Assembly: GCA_016187125.1 (NCBI GenBank)
Contig: JACPKF010000001.1
Location: forward strand, 38,931 to 102,930
Length of the DNA stretch: 64,000 nt
Direction of reading: 5' to 3'
From: Candidatus Saccharimonadota bacterium
Lineage (GTDB): Bacteria; Patescibacteriota; Saccharimonadia; Saccharimonadales; UBA10212
Both the position numbers and the translations under genes were made by a program. The notes beneath the pieces were generated by a model that worked only from the letters and a program-made list of their open reading frames with translations, had not been told where the DNA came from and made no database searches. Of the stretch, positions 58,812 through 64,000 are shown piece after piece. Each line of letters begins with the position of its first letter. The stretch's first letter is position 1.

Positions 58812-60834
58812 TTGCTTGCAGAGCGGAAACTTTTTCAGCGAGGTGGGGGTATTTCTTGAGGTTTTCATTTTTGTCGATGAACTCCTGGGCAGCGTTGCGG
58901 GCGGTAGCAATCAGTTTTGTATCTGTTAATTTGGCAACTCGCAGATCCAGGGCGCCGTGTTGCATAGTGCCGTAAATAGCGCCCGGGCCACGCAGTTGCA
59001 GATCTAGTTCGGCTAGCTTGAAGCCGTCAGTTGTATTTTCTAGTGCCCGTAATCGCTGGCTGGGCGATTTACTGTCGCTGAGCATCAAAAAACAGTAGCT
59101 TTGATGAGCGCTACGGCCTACCCGTCCGCGCAGCTGATGGATTTGGGCCAAGCCAAAACGTTCGGCGCCTTCAACAAACATAATAGTAGCGTTGGGCACG
59201 TCCACGCCAACCTCTATGACAGTCGTGCTGACCAAAATATCGTATCCGCGGTTTAAGAACGCCTGCATGACTTTATCTTTGTCGACCGATTTCATCTTGC
59301 CGTGCAGTAGTGCGACTCTGCGGTTTTTGAAATCTTTTTTGCTAACTCGCTCAAAAACTTCTTCGACCGACAACCCTTGGCTTAAGCCGGTATCGCTAAT
59401 TAGCGGGCAGACGATAAACATTTGCCGGCCAGCCTCCAGCTGTTTGTCAATTTCCTTGTTCAGCTGAGTCCTTGAGTTGGGCGAACAGATTTTGGTTTGG
59501 ATCTCCTTGCGCCCCGGCGGCATTGTGTCCAGTATCGAAATGTCTAGCTCGCCATATAGAGTCAGGGCAATGCTGCGCGGAATTGGCGTGGCGCTCATGT
59601 GCAAGACGTGCGGCATATGGCCGGCTTTGGCTTGGAGCTTTTTGCGCTGGTCAACGCCGAAGCGATGCTGTTCGTCGACGATGATGAGACCTAGTTTATG
59701 CATATCTACTTTTTCGCTAATCAACGCATGCGTACCAATGATTAACCGTACCTCGCCACTTTTTATTTTTTGGTGCATCAAGCTTTTAGCTTTTGGTTTT
59801 AAGCTACCGACCAGCAGTCCAACCTGGCCGCCAAAGCCTACGAAGTCAAGCAATTTGTAGACCGTGTCGGCATGTTGACGGGCTAAAATTTCGGTCGGCG
59901 CCATCAGAGCCGTTTGATAATCTTGCTCCATGGCCATAAGTGCCGCCATGGTTGCCACAACCGTTTTGCCGGAACCGACATCGCCCTCTAATAAGCGGTT
60001 CATGGGTTGGGTTTTTTCCAGATCTTGATAGATACGCCAGATGGCTTTTCTCTGGGCGTCGGTGAGTTGAAATGGCAGTTTAGCTACAAAATTTTTGGCC
60101 AGTTTTTGGTTGAACGGAATGGCCAATCCTTTTTCGCGCGTCAGTTCCTGTTTGTTGAGCAGGGCGGCCAAGGTCAGCTGAAAAACTTCCTCAAAACCGA
60201 GACGGCGTTGAGCTTTTTCCAGTTCTTCAGCCGAGGAAGGAAAGTGCATCTCCAGCGCCGCAGTTTGGAAGTCCATTAGTCTTTGCTCTTTAAGCAGCCA
60301 CTGCGGCAAGTGTTCGGGCATTTTTTGGACAATTGCCGAAGTCTCACGCACCAGTTTTCTAATTTGGAAGGACTTTAGGCCTTTTGTTTCGCGGTAAATA
60401 GGGATAATACGGGCCGTATTAACTGGGAAATTACTGACCAGTTCGACAGATGGGTTGCTAAGGCTAAAGCGACCGCGGCGCAGTGCGTATTCGCCGGAAA
60501 TATAGTAGGGCTGATCGGCCTTAATGCCCCCGGCACGGTAGGGTTGATTGAACCAAACTAATCTAGCGCTGCCAGTGCTATCACTGGCAAGCGCCTCAGT
60601 AATATGGAGGCCTCTGCGTGCATATCGGCCATTTACTCCACTGATCTTAGCTTCAAGGGTTACAATACCCGGACGAATCTTGTCTATAGAAGTAATGTTG
60701 GAGTAATCTTGATAGCGCCGTGGATAATTTTCTATCAGATCGCCAATGGTTTTAACACCAAGCACCGCTAGCTTTTTAGCCAGCTCATCGCCAACTCCCT
60801 TCAAATCATTTATTTTGTCAGATAAAGTCATCAA
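58795..60834 (-). CDS. recG: ATP-dependent DNA helicase RecG
   Basis: LEGDVGSGKTVVA, IVDEQHRFG and QLRGRVGRS, with an N-terminal wedge domain. 679 aa. Confidence 0.92.
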   Translation of the reverse strand: MMTLSDKINDLKGVGDELAKKLAVLGVKTIGDLIENYPRRYQDYSNITSIDKIRPGIVTLEAKISGVNGRYARRGLHITEALASDSTGSARLVWFNQPYRAGGIKADQPYYISGEYALRRGRFSLSNPSVELVSNFPVNTARIIPIYRETKGLKSFQIRKLVRETSAIVQKMPEHLPQWLLKEQRLMDFQTAALEMHFPSSAEELEKAQRRLGFEEVFQLTLAALLNKQELTREKGLAIPFNQKLAKNFVAKLPFQLTDAQRKAIWRIYQDLEKTQPMNRLLEGDVGSGKTVVATMAALMAMEQDYQTALMAPTEILARQHADTVYKLLDFVGFGGQVGLLVGSLKPKAKSLMHQKIKSGEVRLIIGTHALISEKVDMHKLGLIIVDEQHRFGVDQRKKLQAKAGHMPHVLHMSATPIPRSIALTLYGELDISILDTMPPGRKEIQTKICSPNSRTQLNKEIDKQLEAGRQMFIVCPLISDTGLSQGLSVEEVFERVSKKDFKNRRVALLHGKMKSVDKDKVMQAFLNRGYDILVSTTVIEVGVDVPNATIMFVEGAERFGLAQIHQLRGRVGRSAHQSYCFLMLSDSKSPSQRLRALENTTDGFKLAELDLQLRGPGAIYGTMQHGALDLRVAKLTDTKLIATARNAAQEFIDKNENLKKYPHLAEKVSALQAITNLN

Positions 60835-60894
60835 TCACAGTATACCTTCAGAAATAAACTGAGAAATATTCAAACATTGTTGCACTAAATACAT

Positions 60895-60924
60895 TATTCT
60901 AATGTTCTGCAGAACATTAGAATA
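60895..60924. promoter_or_regulatory. 30-bp perfect palindrome, about 60-90 nt upstream of recG and downstream of the methyltransferase gene
   Basis: TATTCTAATGTTCTG/CAGAACATTAGAATA. Confidence 0.4.
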
Positions 60925-60972
60925 AAAGTTTTAGCTTATCTTTTTTTATTTTAACTGTTCTCATGTCTAAAG

Positions 60973-61719
60973 TTACTTTTTGCGGAGGCGGAGCCAGACG
61001 CTGGGGCCAAAATAAAGTGGTGCCAGCATCGGCTGAAGAACTCTTTCCAGTCCCAGCATAATATTCTTTCCTAGAACTTTTTTTAGTCTGGGGGAACGTA
61101 AATTAGAGCCGGATAAGATCGTTTCTACGTCAAAACCAGCATCATGCAAAAGTCTGATTATTGTCTTGGGGTGGTGGCTATAGGGAGCTTGTTGAGCGTT
61201 GGTTGTACGGGGGACTTTTTTACCCCTGACTCCATAGCGTAGGCGATTAAGAAAATGAGCGTCATTGGCAAATTCTAAAATAAAGGTTCCGCCTGGCGTA
61301 AGGACGCGGGCAATTTCACCAAATTCCGGTTTGGGGTCCGAAAGACGGTGCAAAACCCGCACTATTAACACTAGGTCAACCGAGCTGTTAGGCATTTTTA
61401 GATCGGCAGCTTGGAGCATTTTACGCTCCACCTGAGGCACATCTTTCAGATAAATTTTAGCGATGTCCAATTGTTGCTGACTAGGCTCGACCAAGGTGAC
61501 TTTGTCTGCAAATTTGGTTAAAAATTTACTGAGTCGGCCATAGCCGCCGCCGACATCAATAGCATGCTTGAACGTTTGACCTTTTAAAAGGCGCTTAATG
61601 GCCATTTCTTCGGCTGCATGTTCATACTCCCGTCCTACCCAAAAGTCTTGATAGTTAAATTCAGAATTCTCAGTTTGGATAGTCTTGCGAACTAATTGCC
61701 TAGTTTTGACCTTAGCCAT
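60973..61719 (-). CDS. class I SAM-dependent methyltransferase
   Basis: AIDVGGGYGRLSKFL (motif I) and LTPGGTFILEF. The start overlaps the tyrS stop. Confidence 0.75.
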   Translation of the reverse strand: MAKVKTRQLVRKTIQTENSEFNYQDFWVGREYEHAAEEMAIKRLLKGQTFKHAIDVGGGYGRLSKFLTKFADKVTLVEPSQQQLDIAKIYLKDVPQVERKMLQAADLKMPNSSVDLVLIVRVLHRLSDPKPEFGEIARVLTPGGTFILEFANDAHFLNRLRYGVRGKKVPRTTNAQQAPYSHHPKTIIRLLHDAGFDVETILSGSNLRSPRLKKVLGKNIMLGLERVLQPMLAPLYFGPSVWLRLRKK

Positions 61720-62978
61720 TATTCAAGCTCTATAAGTGCTGAATCTTTATAGGCTTTACCGCGGCGCAGCAGCAAGCGACCGTTTTCAAAATCTCTGGGC
61801 TCAAAACTATCACGCGTTACGGTTTTACCATTTATATATACGCCTTTGTTGGAAAGTATTGTCCTAGCTATAGAATTCGAAACGACCAAGCCGGTTTTCA
61901 CTAAAGCATCGATGATACTGCTGACGTCTCGGACTCGAATTGACGGAATCTCTTTTCTTATCTCGGTAATATCTTCTTGGCTAGCCTCTCCGATAGATGC
62001 TTTACTTGTTAGGTATTTTGTGACGCTTGTGGCTAAGCCGCTTTGATCGTCACCATGCACAATTTTAGTTACTTCTTCGGCAAGTACTTTTTGGGCTCTG
62101 CGAGCAGCAGCATCGGATTGATTCTCGCTCATCACTTCCTCTATTTTCTCTCTCGACAGAAATGTAAAGACTTTTAAGTAATTCTCGACATCTCCGTCGT
62201 CGACATTGATCCAGAACTGATAAAATTGCGTAGGACTGGTTTTTGCCGGATCTAGCCACACTGCCCCACCTTCGCTTTTACCAAACTTGGTGCCCGTTAT
62301 CTTATTGACCACTAAAGGCATACTAAGAGCCTGGACATCTGCGCCTTCCTTTTTACGGATCAAGGAGACGCCGGAGAGCATATTGCCCCACTGATCCGAG
62401 CCGCCAATTTGCAGGACTGCCTTGTGATTTTTAAATAACTGCCAGTAATCATAACCCTGAACCAGCGAGTAGCTAAATTCGGCGTAACTGATACCGCTGC
62501 CTCCCTCTCCCATGCGTTCACGTACAAAGTCGCGCTGCATTAGTTCGGTCATGGAATAGTTTTTGCCAACTTCGCGTAGAAAATCTAAATAACCAACGTC
62601 TTTGAACCAGTCATAGTTGTCGACTGGTGTAAACTGTTTGCCGGCCAATAACTTGTTGATCTGCTGCTTGATAGCGGCAACATTTTTTTCGATTTCGACA
62701 CGAGGTTTTAACTCGCGTTCCTCGATTTTGCCTCCAGGATCGCCAATTAGACTGGTCGCTCCCCCCGCTAAAATTACTGCTTTCCAGCCTCCGTCAATCA
62801 ATCGGCGAGCCATAATCATCGCCGCTAAGTTACCAATCGTCAGGCTGTCACTAGACGCATCAACACCGTGGTAAAAAACCTTGGGCCTATCTAGCCATGC
62901 AAGCTTGGAAAATGTCTTATCTTTTATTAGCCCCCGCCAAGCTAAATCTTCACTAAGCTTCATCCCATTAGACTCCAC
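61719..62978 (-). CDS. tyrS: tyrosine--tRNA ligase (C-terminal S4 domain)
   Basis: YHGVDASSDSLTIGNLAAM (HIGH-type), KFGKSEGGAVWL (KMSKS-type), and an S4-like tail. The start is either the GTG at 62978 or the ATG at 62963. Confidence 0.9.
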   Translation of the reverse strand: MESNGMKLSEDLAWRGLIKDKTFSKLAWLDRPKVFYHGVDASSDSLTIGNLAAMIMARRLIDGGWKAVILAGGATSLIGDPGGKIEERELKPRVEIEKNVAAIKQQINKLLAGKQFTPVDNYDWFKDVGYLDFLREVGKNYSMTELMQRDFVRERMGEGGSGISYAEFSYSLVQGYDYWQLFKNHKAVLQIGGSDQWGNMLSGVSLIRKKEGADVQALSMPLVVNKITGTKFGKSEGGAVWLDPAKTSPTQFYQFWINVDDGDVENYLKVFTFLSREKIEEVMSENQSDAAARRAQKVLAEEVTKIVHGDDQSGLATSVTKYLTSKASIGEASQEDITEIRKEIPSIRVRDVSSIIDALVKTGLVVSNSIARTILSNKGVYINGKTVTRDSFEPRDFENGRLLLRRGKAYKDSALIELE

Positions 62979-63361
62979 TTAACTGTCTCTTGTTATTTAA
63001 TGTTTGAAAAACTGAAACAAGATTCAATCGCTGTAATACTTCTGATTGTCTTTTGGAGTCAAATGGGACAAGTAAACAGCTTCTCCGATTATTTCTCATA
63101 CTTAAATATAGTATATCGTATGAGCTTATGAAGCCATTTCACATCTCCACTCCAGCTTCGGAATCTTTATGCGGCCTACAACAAGCATACTGTTCGTCAC
63201 CATACCTTACAGGTATGCTTCCTCACCTGATGCTTGTTTTGACTGCGCCTAAAGCTGCCTCACTTAACAGACTGGAGATGTGAAATTGGCTCCATCTGAA
63301 ACTTCACGAATTTAATCGGTTTTTCGATACTTGATTTGCTCAGCAGTTAGCCCAGTGGGTT

Positions 63362-63370
63362 TGTTATAAT
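63362..63370 (+). promoter_or_regulatory. extended -10 promoter element TGT-TATAAT upstream of the PBP gene
   Basis: TG at 63362-63363 and TATAAT at 63365-63370. AGGAAG SD at 63387-63392. Confidence 0.4.
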
Positions 63371-63397
63371 AGTTACTAACGATGGGTAGGAAGTAAC

Positions 63398-64000
63398 GTG
63401 GTTAAATTCGGCCCAATCCGTCCTCGCCGGAGTTCTAGTCGCTATATAAAAACACGTAGCGGCAGAGTTTTGAAAATTAATCGTAGTTTAGGTGAGCGGT
63501 GGACGGCTCTTAAGGAATCCAAAGCCCGGCGGAAAGTTGATCGCCTGCGGGGTCTACCCAAGTCCAGGCTTAAAAGATTAATTTGGCGTCTAAATCCTCG
63601 ACGTTTGGCCGAGTTCTGGTTCAGCCGCGATGGCGCTATAATGGCGCTCAAAATAACCGGTATAGTTATTTTATTCTTTTTTATCTTTACGCTCGGGGTC
63701 TTCGCCTATTTCCGAAAAGATTTGCCTGACATCAGTGTCTCCGGCACTAAGCTGGGCGGTAGCATTAGTTATTACGACCGAACTGGCCAAACCTTGCTCT
63801 GGCAAGACTACGATGCGATCAAACGAGTACCGGTAGCTAGCAGTGATATTTCACAATTTATAAAAGACGCAACTATAGTTGTTGAAGACAAAGACTTTTA
63901 CAAGCACCGCGGTTTTGATATTAGAGGTATCACAAGGGCCGCCTTTAACGACATTTTCCGCAAGGGTGGTAAGCAAGGCGGTTCAACGATTACCCAGCAG
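63398..64000 (+). CDS. class A penicillin-binding protein (GT51 transglycosylase domain), N-terminal part; runs off the window end
   Basis: Absent from the track because it is truncated. Translation from the GTG at 63398 gives a basic N-terminus, a transmembrane helix (ALKITGIVILFFFIFTLGVFAYF), then VVEDKDFYKHRGFDIRGITRAAFNDIFRKGGKQGGSTITQQ. Confidence 0.85.
   Translation, partial: MVKFGPIRPRRSSSRYIKTRSGRVLKINRSLGERWTALKESKARRKVDRLRGLPKSRLKRLIWRLNPRRLAEFWFSRDGAIMALKITGIVILFFFIFTLGVFAYFRKDLPDISVSGTKLGGSISYYDRTGQTLLWQDYDAIKRVPVASSDISQFIKDATIVVEDKDFYKHRGFDIRGITRAAFNDIFRKGGKQGGSTITQQ

Noticed and set aside
62979-63300. Canonical T-box riboswitch upstream of tyrS
   Set aside because: No AAnnnGGGTGGTACCGCG-type T-box sequence. 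The only UAC-A candidate specifier (about 63033-63040) lies downstream of the UGGU-containing domain, which is the wrong order. I kept it only as a generic leader-structure finding.

Overview
This 64-kb window is almost entirely transcribed on the minus strand and encodes the translation/transcription core of a small-genome bacterium. In transcription order (high to low coordinate) the genes are:
- tyrS, a methyltransferase, recG, rsmD, tRNA-Leu, a frameshifted hisG-like gene, hisS, tig, clpP
- rpoB, rpoC, rpsL, rpsG, fusA, fabD, tuf, rpsJ
- rplC through rplQ (S10, spc and alpha clusters, including secY, infA, rpmJ and rpoA), then rplM and rpsI
- trpS, a pseudouridine synthase, holB, a DHH phosphoesterase, tRNA-Thr, rpmG, tRNA-Trp
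- secE, nusG, rplK, rplA, dcd, a tmk fusion, rplJ, rplL, dnaX

There is no rpmD between rpsE and rplO, and no adk or map after secY. TGA is used as a stop codon. These traits fit a Patescibacteria/CPR-type (Saccharibacteria-like) organism, but that assignment is inference.

I found no defence island, CRISPR array, transposase or prophage.

The most unusual signal is non-coding. Most ribosomal-protein gene junctions carry 57-269 nt spacers instead of tight packing. The spacers are filled with families of short tandem motifs, dyad-symmetric arms and near-identical repeat copies. Many end in a conserved CGACTGNAAGGAG box just before the start codon.

Other items worth a second look:
- a nested five-copy CCCGTTAGA/TCTAACGGG structure that can occlude the rpmJ ribosome-binding site
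- a 130-nt structured repeat with two full copies in opposite orientation and one partial copy
- a thymidylate kinase fused to tandem degenerate ThyX-like domains, next to dcd, inserted between rplA and rplJ
- three small SD-preceded ORFs wedged into otherwise conserved operon junctions
- orphan fabD and plsC-like genes inside the str/S10 region
- a hisG-like gene overlapping hisS, broken by a +1 shift in a T4 run
- Lys/Glu-rich extensions on many ribosomal proteins
- near-leaderless promoters, and structured leaders upstream of rpoB and tyrS

ORF-track starts are the longest possible. I re-called several starts using Shine-Dalgarno position and N-terminal homology.
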